DNA from: Octopus vulgaris
Taxonomy: Eukaryota
Assembly: GCA_951406725.2 (NCBI GenBank)
Contig: OX597839.1
Location: 20,212,001-20,276,000 of the forward strand
Reading direction: 5' to 3'
Length of the DNA: 64,000 bases
Shown: positions 25,912 to 40,269 of the stretch, one piece after another
Numbering within the stretch: position 1 is the first letter of the stretch
How the letters are laid out: each line of letters begins with the position of its first letter
The notes under the pieces: model-generated
Seen by the model: the letters and a program-made list of their open reading frames with translations, nothing else
The model's database searches: none
Told to the model about the DNA's origin: nothing
Made by a program: the position numbers and the translations under genes

Positions 25912-26383
25912 TACTCTTTTACTCTTTTATTTGTTTCAGTCATTTTGACTATGGCCATGCTGGAGCACCGGCTTTAGTCGAGCAAATCGACCCCAGGACA
26001 TATTCTTTGTAAGCCTAGTACTTATTCTATCGGTCTCTTTAGCCGAACCGCTAATGTTACGAGGACGTAAACACACCAGCACCGGTTGTCAAGCGTTGAT
26101 GGGTTTACAAACACAAGTACAAAGACACACACACATATATATCTATCGACTGTCAAGCGATGGTGGGGGGAAAAACACAGACACACAAACATATACACAC
26201 ACATACATATATACATATATACAATGGGCTTCTTTCAGTTTCTGTCTACCAAATCCACTCACAAGGCTTTGGTTGGCCCGAGGCTATAGTAGAAGACACT
26301 TGCCCAAGGTACCCCGCAGTGGGACCGAACCCGGACCCATGTTGTTCGTAAGCAAGCTACTTACTACACATCCACTCCACGCC
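25912..26383 (-). mobile_element. SINE family A with internal duplication
   Basis: Aligns to family A; TGTCAAGCG segment occurs twice. Confidence 0.85.
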
Positions 26384-26734
26384 TAAGTATACATGTATGT
26401 ATGTGTGTATAGATTCCTTGAAGTGGTGAACAGATTTTGTATCAAAACCGAAAGAAAACAAATTCAATTCCATAGATATGTATGTATACGGTTCAGCCCA
26501 AAGACTATGGCACTGCTGGAGCAGCACCAATGTTATCACCATACGTGTGTGTGTCCTTTGTTATATTCATGTTTGAGTATATGTGTGTACATATGTGTGC
26601 GTGTCTATCCGCATACATACTTGTCTGTGTGTGTGTGTCTGTACGTGCGTCTGTGTGTAGTGCATGTGTGTAAGTGTATGTCAATGGTTATGTATGTGGG
26701 TGCATATATATGTATCTATATATTAGTGTGTTTG

Positions 26735-26784
<50 letters not shown>

Positions 26785-26874
26785 TGTATGTATACATATA
26801 TGTGTGTGTGTGTATCAAAACTATTCAAACTCGGGACTGATTACAGCCAGAGTCTTACATAATATCCCGACATA

Positions 26875-26971
26875 ACTTACCGCCATTCTTCCGTAAAAAC
26901 TGTACTGTTTTTCCCCAACATAACTCCTTTCCTCTTCCGCCGACAAGTCTTTTATATATTACAGCCCGCCC
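26875..26971 (-). promoter_or_regulatory. Candidate Pol II core promoter and short first exon
   Basis: Minus strand GGGCGGG (26971-26965), TATATAAAAG (26958-26949), CGGAAG x2, then AAGAATGGCG|GTAAGT. Confidence 0.35.
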
Positions 26972-27008
26972 AGAACACACACTGCATTACATATACGTAC
27001 ATGTGTGT

Positions 27009-27102
<94 letters not shown>

Positions 27103-27156
27103 CAGACAGACAGACAGAGACATGTGTGCGTGTTTGTATCTATACAGATATATACA

Positions 27157-27264
<108 letters not shown>

Positions 27265-27384
27265 TAGATAGATAGATATAGACATGCATATATATATATA
27301 TATATATGTGTGTATACATGTGTATACATACACACATACAAACATACATACATTCATACATACATACATACATACATACATACA

Positions 27385-27418
<34 letters not shown>

Positions 27419-27689
27419 GACACAAGTTATTTCTCTAGCTTCTCTCTCTCGTCTTCTCGTAATCTTCTTTCTCAATTAGGACATTCTATGATAACTTCCG
27501 CACATTTTTCAACAACACAGACATTCAAACCGGCAACTAATTCTGGTCGAAAGACTCATACAAGCATTCGGAGTTCAACCGACATTGAAATAAAATCTAT
27601 GTTGCGCGTGCAGGGGCGTGTATGATGCCGTATGTTAGTATTTGCGCGCCTGTGCTAGCGGGTGCGAATATACAAATATGTACGAATAT

Positions 27690-27955
27690 ACATACATACA
27701 TACATACATACATACATACATACATACATACATACATACATACATACATACATACATACATACATACATACATACCTACATACGTACATACATACATACA
27801 TACATACATACATACCTACATACATACATACATACATACATACATACATACATACATACATACATACATACATACATACATACATACATACATACATACA
27901 TACATACATACATACATACATACATACATAAATACATACATACATACATACATAT
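27690..27955. repeat. (CATA)n microsatellite
   Basis: Direct inspection. Confidence 0.95.
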
Positions 27956-28437
27956 TTACACACTCTCACACATACAAATGCATGCACGCGCGCATGCATT
28001 CTATCTGTCTAGCTATCTAAATACAGTATACATTTTAACACACAAGAGGTATCCGTCATAGGATTCCTGACACGCTAGAAGGAACAGCCAAAATCCAAAC
28101 CACTATTAGGAATGAACTTCGAAGGGAATGAAAAATAGACGGTAAATGTTTTTATCTTTCTCACTATGACTATCGATCAGTTACTCGTTGCCTGCCACTA
28201 AGCTTAGTATGTGCGCTCATCCTGCACCTCACGTGTTAACTGTGTATTTTTCTTTCACTTTCTCCCAACCAACCAGCCAACCGACCGACCTACCGACCAA
28301 CCAACCAGCCAGACAGACAAACAGACAGACAGGCAGACAGACAGGCAGTCAGACAGACAGCCGGCCGGCCGGCATGTTTTGTTACGCAAACAGATGTTAA
28401 AGGCCACAAAAGTTTTACATAACACCGACTCGGAAAG

Positions 28438-28508
<71 letters not shown>

Positions 28509-28831
28509 CTTCGTTTAGGGGTCTCAAAGGGTCGGATTGAGTGAAAGGTGCAGAGGAGGAGTGGTTAATAGCGGGGATTAAACTTCAACAGGATCACTGA
28601 TGCTTTTATTGGCTTGAAGTGGGGGGCGGGGGCGGGGAGAAGGCCTTTGAGGAATTTTTATAACATCCTTTGTTGTATTGCCTTTGCGAATTGTTGTGGG
28701 GGTGGGTGGATTGGGGGCCGTTTTATCTTTAGTTTTGTTTTGTTTTGTTTAAGGGGTTTGAACCTTTGTTTTCGTGTTCTTGTTGATGCTGTAGCTGACG
28801 TCATCGACATCGTTGCTGTCGTTGTTGCTGC

Positions 28832-28871
<40 letters not shown>

Positions 28872-28964
28872 CCTGTGTGTCTGATCTCCGCGTTGTTTTT
28901 GTTTATTGTTGTCGTCGTTATCCAGGGTGACCTTCGATACAGCGGCCACCACCGAGAAGCCATT

Positions 28965-29768
28965 AATGTCGTCGTCATCATCCTCATCGTCATCTTCGTC
29001 GTCGTCGTCATCGTTCTCATCATCATCGTCATCATCGTCGTTATCACAATCATCATCGTCGTCACCATCACCTTAATTCTTCATCATCATCACCATTATC
29101 ATCATAATCACCATCATCATCACCAGTACCATCATCATCATTGTCGTCATCACAATCATCATCGTCGTCGTCATTAACTTAATTCCTCTTCATCATCATC
29201 ATCATCACCATTATCATCACCATCATCATCACTTCCGTCATCATCATCATCATTGTCATCATCGTCGTTATCACAATCATCGTCGTTGCCATCATCTTAA
29301 TTCTTCATCATCATAATCACCATCATCATCCTCATCAACATCATCATCACTTCCACCATCATCATTGTCATCATCGTCGTTATCAGAATCATCATCGTCG
29401 TCACCATCATCTTAATTCATCATCATCGTCGTCGTCATCATCATAATCGTCACTGCCATCACCATCACCACAATAATCTCGACCACCACCACCCCACCGC
29501 CCCCTCCACAACGACCCAGAAGACAACCAGTGTCCGTCTCGTTTACGCCTTATGCACTCATCACAACTATGACCACCACCACCAAAAGCAACATCACCGC
29601 TACTACATACGAGGCCTCGACCACTTCTACTAGCACTGACACCGTTAACATCACCTATGCTACTACAACAACTACAACCACCACCACCACCACTACTACT
29701 ACTACTACTACAACTATCACTGCTACTGCTTCTGCGACTGCTGCTGCCAACATTATCACATATATCTA

Positions 29769-29804
<36 letters not shown>

Positions 29805-29880
29805 CACTACTACTACTATTACTGCTGCTGCTACTACTGCTGCTGATACTACTGCTTCTGCTACTACTACTACTACTACC
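28965..29880. repeat. (CAT/CGT)n, (CAC)n and (ACT)n low-complexity field
   Basis: Direct inspection. Confidence 0.85.
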
Positions 29881-30244
29881 ACGATGTGGTAATTGTTTTG
29901 TCTTGGTATAAAAGATGGGCTACAGCAAATATTCTTCTCAATACCACAGGTTTGCTTGTCAGTTGTTTGACCGTAACCGGTTGAGCATGTCCCTTAGTGG
30001 CTGACGATATGTGCATCTCTGATCATGAGCAGAAATAGTGGGGGAGCATCATAGTCTTGTGTTGAGAGGAATTCTTTGGAGTTTGGATAATTCACCTTTG
30101 GAAACATGGGTGTTTCGTTCAACATTCTTTAACAAACCTTATTCAGGGATCTCTTGAGAGGCATGGGCTACTTGACCTGAAGAAAATTCTAACAGAGCCC
30201 CACTTGCAAGGTCAAGCGATGTTTGTCTTGATATAAGACCACCA

Positions 30245-30860
30245 AATAAGGACGCTGCCATGATCAAAACGCAAGTTTACGAGTGGTTTTCACGCTGTAG
30301 GAATGGTCACTTGTCGCTTGAAGGCCAATCTCGTTCAGGGCAACCGTCGATCTCTCGAACGAATGAAAATATCATGAAAATTCATGAACAGATCTTAGCG
30401 AACAATTGACGAAGTTGTTGACATTTGACTGGTGTGTCCTGGAATTCCTGCCAATGAATTTTGAGCAAAGAATTGCGAATGAAAAGAGTCGCAGTAAAAT
30501 TTGTGCCTCGCTTGCTCTCAGAAGATTAAAAGCAGTCACAACTGAATGCATGTCGTGAACCGAAAGACCAGCTGGAAATTGATCCGGACCTTCTTTTCAA
30601 AAGTCATCCATCCCTGGTGACAGTAGCTGGTGCTACGAAATTTGTAGATGTGGAAGAGGTAAAGAGAAAAGCCACAGAGGCGTTAAAAGGCATCACTTAG
30701 CAAGAGATCCAGTGCTGTTTCGAATAGTGGAAAACGTACCTGGACCGATGCATTGCTTCAAACGGAGAATACTTTGAAGTCGATAAAAGGGTAAACATGT
30801 AAAACTAAGTGAATAAAATAATATTGTAAAATTCTGGTTTCTTTTGGGTACCCACTTGTA
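30245..30860 (+). pseudogene. Internally deleted mariner transposase relic with 3' end
   Basis: Frameshifted peptides KTQVYEWFSR, SRSGQPS, MKRVAVKFVPRLLS, GDSSWCY, WKTYLDRCIASNGEYFE; ends ...GGGTACCCACTTG-TA. Confidence 0.9.
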
Positions 30861-30894
30861 TATGGCATGTGTACCGGGTAACAAATTTTCTAAG

Positions 30895-31250
30895 AGCTAG
30901 GGCTCAAGAAACAAAAAAAAAAGGGGGATTTGAGGAAACTTACATCACTGATTCTAGTAGAAACGAGTAATCATGCTGAGGTAGTCTGGTTCGAAGGAGC
31001 ACAAGATCCCGCCTGTGCCCCTCGAGTGACATCTCAAAGACGTTACAGTGCAGCCGACACCCAACCCTACTCATCTGTTCACGGAACTTCCAGTTCTTCT
31101 GTCGAAGAAGATATTTCGTCTTCTTGTGGGAATCGATCGCGGATTTGTGCCTTCAGGACCGAACCGAATTCGTTTTTCACACACAGCCAGTCATGCGTGA
31201 TACAACAGAAGAATATAACAAACGGTGAAAGTAAGGTCATCAGATAAGCG
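30895..31250. other. Unique GC-richer island, candidate exon (strand unresolved)
   Basis: + frame open 30894-31247 with AAA|GTAAGG; minus strand ATG 31074 open to AT|GTAAGT at 30944; no recognisable homology. Confidence 0.25.
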
Positions 31251-31291
31251 CCATTTCGATAAAGTGACAACGTCTCACCTTCATGTGTCAA

Positions 31292-31335
<44 letters not shown>

Positions 31336-31455
31336 TTTATATATTTGTTCATTTATTCATTTACGTTTGTTTTTTTATTGTTTTTTATTTCCCATTTTAC
31401 TTTTTCTTCCGCGGTACACACACGTATAATTGAACGTATATACATATATATATAT

Positions 31456-31492
<37 letters not shown>

Positions 31493-31541
31493 GCCTATTA
31501 TATATATACATTTATACATATATATGCTTATATACACACGG

Positions 31542-31634
<93 letters not shown>

Positions 31635-31700
31635 AAGAAAGAGAGAGAGTTAAAATAGATAGATAGACATACATACACACACGCATATGTATATATGTAT

Positions 31701-31742
<42 letters not shown>

Positions 31743-32447
31743 CCACATATATACACACACGTATGTATATCCACATATCGACATACATATGTACATAGAT
31801 ATGCTCTGCCTTTGTTTAGTTTTACTACTCTTTTTGAAAAGCAACAAACTGCTTAGAAAGATTAAGGTGCGATCGTAATCTTTAATAACAATGTCGGAAC
31901 ACAAAGCATTTTCATGAATAAACAGTTTTCCCTATGTTTTACTATTTCACTGCCATCTTGACATGTCTTTCATATTTTGCGATCGTATTTGTGATATTTT
32001 CTTATTTGTTTAATCGCTTATTAGTTTCATTCGTACGTCTGATATGTTTGTGTGTTTGTTTCGACTGTCTGTTATTATCGTCCTATCTCATTTTTTTTTC
32101 TTCGCTGCTAGATTTCGAAAGGAAAGTAGGAGAGAGAAAAAAAAGAGAACAAAAAAATAGAAAAAGAAATGAAAGAAAGAAAAAGAAAGAAAAGTGCAAA
32201 TAGCCGTAGAGATGAGATTAGCGAAATAATATACAAATATAAAAGAAAATACAGGGTGACTGGCGAAGACGGGGACGGATGCACATGAGTGAATGAGGGC
32301 CAGAGAGAGAAGACAAATAAGTAATATAAGAGCAGAGGGATATAAAAAGGGTTGAACGAGAGTGAAATAAATATACGACTTTGTAGTACGTACTTTATTT
32401 CAGGCAAACATAGTCTACATACATATACATACATCCATACATATATA

Positions 32448-32502
<55 letters not shown>

Positions 32503-32510
32503 AATAATAT

Positions 32511-32579
32511 AAATGGCGGTGGCGGTGCCCCAGCATGGCCACAGCTCATGAGCTGAAACTAGAATCAATCAATCAATCA

Positions 32580-32582
<3 letters not shown>
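32511..32582 (+). mobile_element. Ultra-short retroinsert consisting only of a LINE/SINE 3' tail
   Basis: GGCGGTGCCCCAGCATGGCCACAGCTCATGAGCTGAAACTAG+(AATC)n within (TA)n; paralogues at 43900 and 47463. Confidence 0.7.
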
Positions 32583-32623
<41 letters not shown>

Positions 32624-32689
32624 GTATATGTATGTATATTTACACACACATATAAATATATATATATGTATAGAGAGAGAGAGACAGAC

Positions 32690-33432
32690 ATATGCACAAT
32701 GGGCTTCTTTTAGTTTCCATCTACCAAATCCCGTCACAAGGCTTTGGTCGGTCGGAGGCTACCGTAAAAAACACTTGCCCAAGGTGCCACGCAGTGGGAC
32801 TGAACCCGGAACCGTGTGTTTGGGAAACAAAATGTTTACCTCACAGCCACGACTGCGCCTGTGAGAACTACTTAATCATTTCTGATTACCAGATGAAAAA
32901 AAAAAAACAGATATAAACTCTACCGATTCTTGTGATTCTTAGCTCTTTAACAATTTTACAATTACTATAATGGTCCTCCGTCGCTGACTACGATGAATGT
33001 TCCAGCCGATCTGATCGACGGAACAGCCTGCTTGTGACATTAATGTGCAAGTAGCTGAGCACTTCACAGACATTCGTCCTTCATTCTTTTTGCCTTCCAT
33101 CCTTTAGGGGTCGATAAATTAAGTACCATTTGCCTACTGGGGTCGACCTAATTGACTGGACCCCCCTCCCGACAAATTTCGGGTCTTGTGCCTAGAGTAG
33201 AAAAGGTTCTCTTATTCATTAATTGTTTCAGTCATCTGACTGTGGCCATGCTGGAGCACCGCCTTTAGTCGAACAAATCCACTCTAGGACTTATTCTTAA
33301 TAAGCCTAGTACTTATTCTGTCTGTTTTGCCGAATCGCTAAGTTACAGGGGACGTAAACACAACAACATCGGTTTCATGTCATGGTGAAGCGACAAACAC
33401 AGACACACAAATACACAAACACACATGCACAA

Positions 33433-33489
<57 letters not shown>

Positions 33490-33635
33490 CGGGCTTCTTT
33501 CAGTTTCCGCCAACCAAAATCCACTCATAAGGCTTTGGTCGGCGCGCGGCTATAGTAAAATACACTTGCTCAAGATGCAGTGGGATTGAACCTGGAACCA
33601 TGTGGTTGATAAGCAAGCTTCCTACCACACAGCCA
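32690..33635 (-). mobile_element. Cluster of SINE-A (32690-32860, 33215-33635) with SINE-C and SINE-B fragments
   Basis: Direct similarity to full-length copies elsewhere in the window. Confidence 0.8.
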
Positions 33636-33899
33636 TGTTCATACAATGTGACATGACTGGCCCCTTTGTAATTACAGGTACAACTCATTTTTGCTAACTG
33701 AGTGGATAAGAACAACGTGAAATAAAATATCTTATTCAAGAATACAACGCGCTGACGGGTATCGAACTCACGACTTTACGATCATTAGCGGAATACCCTA
33801 ACCACTTGCAACTAAAATCCCTAAAACAGAACCAAGGCCACAAATATGCGTTAGAGAAAACAGAACCGGCTACGAAAATCCCTCAGTATGTTATTTTTA

Positions 33900-34850
33900 T
33901 TCTTTCGTTATACTCTAGGCACACGGTCCCAAATTTTGGGGGAGGGAGCCAGTCGATTAGATCGACCCCAGTACGCAACTGGTACTTAATTTATTTCCTT
34001 ATTGCCCACAGGGGGCTAAACATAGAGGGGACAAACTAGGACAGACAAAGAGATTGAGTCGATTACACCGACCCCAGTGCGTAACTGGTACTTATTTAAT
34101 CGACCCCGAAAGGATGAAAGGCAAAGTCGACCTCGGCGGAATTTGAACTCAGAATGTAACGGCAGACGAAATACCGGTAAGCATTTCACACGGCGTGCTA
34201 ACGTTTCTGTTAGCTCGCCGCCCTAACTGGTACTTAATTTATCGACCCCAAAAAGATGAAAGGAAAAGTCGACCTCGGCAGAACTTGAACTTGAACTCAG
34301 AACGTAAAGACAGACGAAATACCGCTAAGCATGTCACCCCGCGTGCTAACGTTTCTTATTTCTTTATTACCCACAAAGGGTTAAACGTAGAGGGGACAAA
34401 CAAGGACAGACAAAAGGATTAAGTCAATTACATCGACCCCAGTGCATAACTGGTACTTTATTTATCGACCCCGAAAAGATGAAGGGCAAAGTCGACCTCG
34501 GCAGAACTTAAACTCAGAACGTAAAGACAGACGAAATACCTATTTCTTTACTACCCACAAGTGGGTAAACACAGGGAGGACAGACAAGGAGATTAAGTCG
34601 ATTACATCGACCCCAGTGCAGTACGCAACTGGTACTTAATTTATTTACCTATTTCTTTATTGCCCACAGGGGCTAAACATAGAGGGGACAAACTAGGACA
34701 GACAAAGAGATTGAGTCGATTACACCGACCCCAGTGCGTAACTGGTACTTATTTAATCGACCCCGAAAGGATGAAAGGTAAAGTCGGCCTCCCAAATACC
34801 GCTACGCATGTCACCTGGCGAGCTAACGCTTCTGCCAGCTCGCCGCCTTA
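33900..34850 (-). mobile_element. Irregular tandem array of SINE family B units
   Basis: Repeated CGACCCCGAAAGGATGAAAGGCAAAGTCGACCTCGGC and GGGGACAAAC..GGACAGAC blocks; head at ~34848. Confidence 0.85.
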
Positions 34851-35599
34851 ACTGTTATTTTATTCCAACATGCCTAGACATGAAGTGGAATGAGCAGCAA
34901 TCAGTATATCGCCGACGACACGGTTTGTCCGCATAACATACGACAAAATTGTCTTTGTACTGAAATTTGAATGCGAATCGTTAAAGGGACTTTATCGAAT
35001 ACCCACTTGGTGGGATCTCATCCTCTCCCTTTATATTTCCTTTTTTTACTCCACAGTCCAGAGATTTTTGTGAAATGTTTAACAATAATATAAACACTAA
35101 ATATCAGATAAGTAGATTTGGACCATTACACACTATCCTCCATTTTAAATTAGCTTTCAAATCTAACCATCTGCTGTTCTGTCCTTATACACTCTCGCTA
35201 AATCAGGTTTGTTTGTTTTCTCTTTTTGTTTTATCTTAATGTGTATTTTTGAATAGAATCAACATAAAAGAATACTTATATTAACGGTGGTTGGGGTGGG
35301 TCGGAGGGGTTAGAGAAGGGCGACACAACTAAGTTATTGTTCGGTTTATGTGAAAGTAAAAATGTCAAAAGTAAACCATTAGCCGTGTGAAAAACTATTG
35401 GTGTGTAAGATAATTTGAGTGATAAGCTTAATCCATCGAGTGGTTTAAAAACCGCCATATGGTACTTGGATGCTTTTAGCAGAGTCCACTCTCTGTTGCA
35501 AAGTGTCAGGCTGCATCTCCCGATTTCAGAATATCGTCGTCAATTCGTCTCTTTTGCCTATCGGTCAGAGAGGTTTTGAAAGAGGGTTAGGGACAATGC

Positions 35600-37511
35600 C
35601 CCTTCTTATTTTTTTTACTGTCCACAGAGGGGACAAACAAGGACAGACAAAGAGATTGAGTCGATTATATCGATTCCAGTGCATAACTGGTACTTATTTA
35701 ATCGACTCCGAAAGGATGAAAGGCAAAGTCAACCTCGGCGGAATTTGAACTCAGAACGTAACGGCAGACGAAATACGGCTACGCATTTCGCCCGGCGTGC
35801 TAACGTTTCTGCCAGCTCGGCGCCTTCTGCTCAGTCTAAACCGTTGAGACAAGATCATACAATGATTATAAGTAGGGGGCATCAATGTTATGTTTAAGGG
35901 AATCGTTAGAACGTCCGTAAAAGGCTCAGCGTCATTTCTTCCGTGTTTACGTCCTTTGTTCAAATGCTCCTGAGGTCGACTTCTCCTTTCGTCATTTCAG
36001 GGTCGATTAAATAAATATGTACCAGTTGACCATTAGGGTTTGTGTCATCGACTAATTCACTCCGCCTAAAATTTCTGGCCCTGTCCAAAAACTTGAAACT
36101 ATTACTAACCCTTCTTTTAAGGTGAAGTGCCAGCAGAATCGTTAAGCGCACTGTATTGGCGGCATTTCTCCTGGGTTTCTGCGTTCTCGGTTTAAATGGT
36201 GATGAGGTCAGCGTTGCCTTTCATCCTTTCGGGGTCGATATGTTACCTAGTTACGCACTGGGGTCGATGTAATCAATCACCACCAAATTTTAGGTTTTGT
36301 ACCTGTATCAAAAATAATTATTTATATTACGTTCTGAGTTTCTCTGCAATCAAAGTCAACAAACGCCATCTATATTCAGGAGTACAATAAATCATACAAC
36401 CAGTTGAATACTGAGATCGATAAACCCATCACTTCCAAATATCTGGCCTTGTGCCAGTGTCATAAAAATATTCTATGGAGTTCTTCGATTTTTAATATCG
36501 ATCCAAAGCTACTTTGTAAATTAAAGAGAGTAACAAAAACGCAGGCCGTAGCAATAAAATGCTTCGACAAGAAAACTGCTCAAATAGCGAAGGAGAAGAG
36601 CTACGAGCCCATAAAAACCTATTTCTTTATTACCCACAAGGGGCTAAACACAGAGGGGACAAACAAGGACAGACATAGGTATTAAGTCGATTACATCGAC
36701 CCCAGTGCGTAACTGGTACTTAATTTATCGACCCCGAAAAGATGAAAGGCAAAGTCGACCTCGGCAGAACTTAAACTCAGAACGTAAAGACAGACGAAAT
36801 ACCTATTTCTTTACTACCCACAAGTGGGTAAACATAGAGAGGACAGACAAGGAGATTAAGTCGATTACATCGACCCCAGTGCGTATGGTATTTAATTTAT
36901 CGACCCCGAAAGGATGAAAGGCAAAGTCGACCTCGGCGGAATTTGAACTCAGAACGTAACGACAGACGAAATACCGCTAAGCATTTCGCCCGGCGTGCTA
37001 ACGTTTCTGCCAGCTCGGCGCCTTCCATATTCGAGGCGTCATAAGTGACTCAGCACTTGTTTATGTTCAACTGGTACATATTTTCATCGATACTGAAAGG
37101 TGAAAAGTAAAGTTGACCTCGGCGGAATTTGAACTCAGAACAGAGAGACCGGATGAAATGCCGTTAAGCGTTTTGTCCGGCGCACTTAACTATTCTGTCA
37201 GGTCGCGGCCTTCATAACAAGAAAAACAATAGCAACGACAACAAAAATCACAATAACAACAACAGCAGCAATAATATTAATAATAATAATCTTTTCTCCT
37301 ATAGGCACAAGGCCTGCAATTGGGGAAGGGAGCTGGTTGATTACTTCATACTCAAGTGGTACTTATTTTATCGACCCCAAAATGATGAAAGGTAAAGTCG
37401 ACGTCGGTGGTATTTGAACTCAAAGCGTAAAGAAGGACAAAATGCCGCTAAGTATTTCGTCCAGCGTGCTAACGATTCTGCCAGCTCGCGGCCTTAATAA
37501 TAATAATAATA

Positions 37512-37565
<54 letters not shown>

Positions 37566-37990
37566 ATTTTGCCACAAGGGCAGCAATTTGGGGGAAGGGT
37601 ATGATTATATTGACCCCAGTGTTCAACTAGTACTAAAATTATCAACGCCGAAAGGATGAAAGACAGAGTCGCCCTTGGCGAGGTTTGAACTTAGAACGTG
37701 AAGACGGACGAAATGCCGCTAGGCATTTTGTCCAGCGTGCTAACGACTCTGCCGGCTCACCGCCTTAATAATAGCACTAACAATAAGAACAATAATAAAT
37801 AATAAGGATAATTTCTTTTTATTTGCCACAGAGGCAATAATGATAATGATGCTGACGGCGTTGATGATGGTAATGATGAGGAGAAGAATGGAGGTTAAGA
37901 TTTCTTGATTGATTCGAGGGCATGCGAGGACGAATGCTGCAAAGTAATTTTGTTCGACGCGCTAACGATTCTACCAGCTCGCCCGCGATG
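35600..37990. mobile_element. Dense SINE-B cluster (including tandem copy 36617-37023), mostly minus strand
   Basis: Many copies of the B body of differing divergence, separated by (TAA)/(CAA) tracts. Confidence 0.8.
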
Positions 37991-38272
37991 TCGTATTTAC
38001 GACGTATATCATTTAGCTCTTTAACTATCTGCCCGACAAAAGTCTCCACACGGCCGTTTTACCATAATTGGCAACTGAATAATACAGAAGCTACGTCAAT
38101 TGGCTATAAAAAAGAAAAAGCCTGATCGACTTCAACAAAAGCAGATTCGTTCAAAGAACTTCGTGTTTATATAAAACAAAACAAAACAAACCAAAAAAAA
38201 AAATCTATATCTTACAATGAAGTGGCAAGATTCTAAAAGAAATATAGATAAGAATAATCAGAACAAGAATGA

Positions 38273-38355
38273 ACTTACAAGGAAGCCATGATGGAACGCT
38301 GCAACGTGGTCGGTTTGTTAGTCGTGCAGAAACAATCCAGCACTCTTCTGATTGG
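38273..38355 (-). promoter_or_regulatory. Candidate CCAAT promoter and micro first exon (ATG GCT TCC TT|GTAAGT)
   Basis: CCAATCAG at 38355, CATCATGG start context, consensus donor, in unique sequence. Confidence 0.3.
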
Positions 38356-38879
38356 TCAATTATTTCTTTCGGCTATACAATGATATATATATATATATAT
38401 ATATATATTGATATATGTATATACAAATGCAGGCATACACACGTATATACATACATGTGTATGTATGTATATGTATGTATGTATGTGTATTAGATTGTAT
38501 ATAAGAATATGTATGTGCATATGTGTGTATGTATATATGTGTGTGTACATATGTATATATATGTATATATGTGTGTGTACATATGTATATATATGTATAT
38601 GTGTGTGTATGTTTGTGTGTGTGCGTGCTTCGGTACGTGCACGTGTCTATGTGTATCTATATCTGTACGTGCGTGTGCGTGTGTGTGTGTGTGTGCGTGT
38701 GTGTATGTACGTATGTATGTGTATTAGATTGTATATAGGAATATGTATGTGCATATGTGTGTATGTATATATGTGTGTGTACATATGTATATATATGTAT
38801 ATGTGTGTGTGTGTGTATGGTTGTGTATGTGCCGGCTTGCGTACGTGCACGTGTCTATGTGTATCTATGTCTGTACGTG

Positions 38880-38944
<65 letters not shown>

Positions 38945-39547
38945 ATCCTGTTAAGCATCTCTTTTTCATGTTTTGCATTTGAAGAGACGAAAACAAAGCA
39001 AAAATATTCAAACAAAACAAACAAATATATATGTATATAGAGAAGAAATAAAAACAAGAAATCAATAGCGATAGCAGCAACATCAACTTCAATGATGAGG
39101 ATGGAGAGGATGCTGATGGTGACAACAAGAACAGCAAAAGGAGGAGGGTAACAGGGGAATGAGAAGGAGGAGAAAGAGGAAAGAAGGAGGAGGAGAAGAA
39201 GAAGAAGAAGAAGAAGAAGAAGAAGAAGAAGAAGAAGAAAAAGGAGAATAAGAAAAAGGAGAAGATGAAGAAAAGAAGAATAGATAAATGATGATGATGA
39301 CGATGATGATGATGGTAATGATGATGTTGATGGTGATGAAGACGTCGATGACCAGGATGATGGTTGTGGTGATGATGACGGTCATGACGACGACGATGAC
39401 GATGACGATGATGGCAATGACGATGAGATGATGATGATGATGATTGTAATTTCAACAGCTATAATTAATAATAATCGAACAAAACCATTGAACTTCAACA
39501 TAGATCGCACGATCAGCTAAGAATAGCCAGAAATTATACCCTGCGTC

Positions 39548-39564
39548 AAGAAAAGAAAAAAGAA

Positions 39565-39608
<44 letters not shown>

Positions 39609-39609
39609 C

Positions 39610-39652
<43 letters not shown>

Positions 39653-39688
39653 AATAAAGAAATAGAGAAAGAAAGAAAGAAAGAGAAA

Positions 39689-39728
<40 letters not shown>

Positions 39729-39800
39729 AAAAAAGAAAGAAAGAAGGAAAGAAAGAAAGAAAAAAATAAAGAAATAGAGAAAGAAAGAAAGAAAGAGAAA

Positions 39801-39832
<32 letters not shown>

Positions 39833-39986
39833 AGGAAAGAAAGAAAGAAAGAAAGAAAGGAAGGAAAGAAAGAAAGAAAGAAAGGAAGGAAGGAAGGAAG
39901 AAAGAAGGAAGAAGAAGAAAGAAAGGAAAGAAAGAAAGAAAGAAAGAAAGAAAGAGAAGAAAGAAAGAAAGAAAGAAAGAGAGAAA

Positions 39987-40017
<31 letters not shown>

Positions 40018-40053
40018 GAAAGAAAGAAAAGAAAGAAAGAAAGAAGGAAGGAA

Positions 40054-40095
<42 letters not shown>

Positions 40096-40215
40096 AAAAA
40101 CAAACAAACAAACAAACAAAAAAGAAAGAAAGAAAAAAGAAAGAAGAAAGAAAGAAAATTTAGAGAGGGGAAATGAGAAAGAGAGAGAGAAGAGGGAGGA
40201 GAGAGAAAGAGAGAG
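39548..40215. repeat. (AAAG)n polypurine tract
   Basis: Direct inspection; similar tract at 42480-42990. Confidence 0.95.
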
Positions 40216-40269
40216 ACATTAGGTAACGTGACTTCAAATGGCCAATGTCCAAATGAAAGACTATTTCTA

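Noticed and set aside
29895-30240. Probable interspersed repeat upstream of mariner relic
   Set aside because: Single copy in window with no diagnostic motif; cannot be classified from sequence alone
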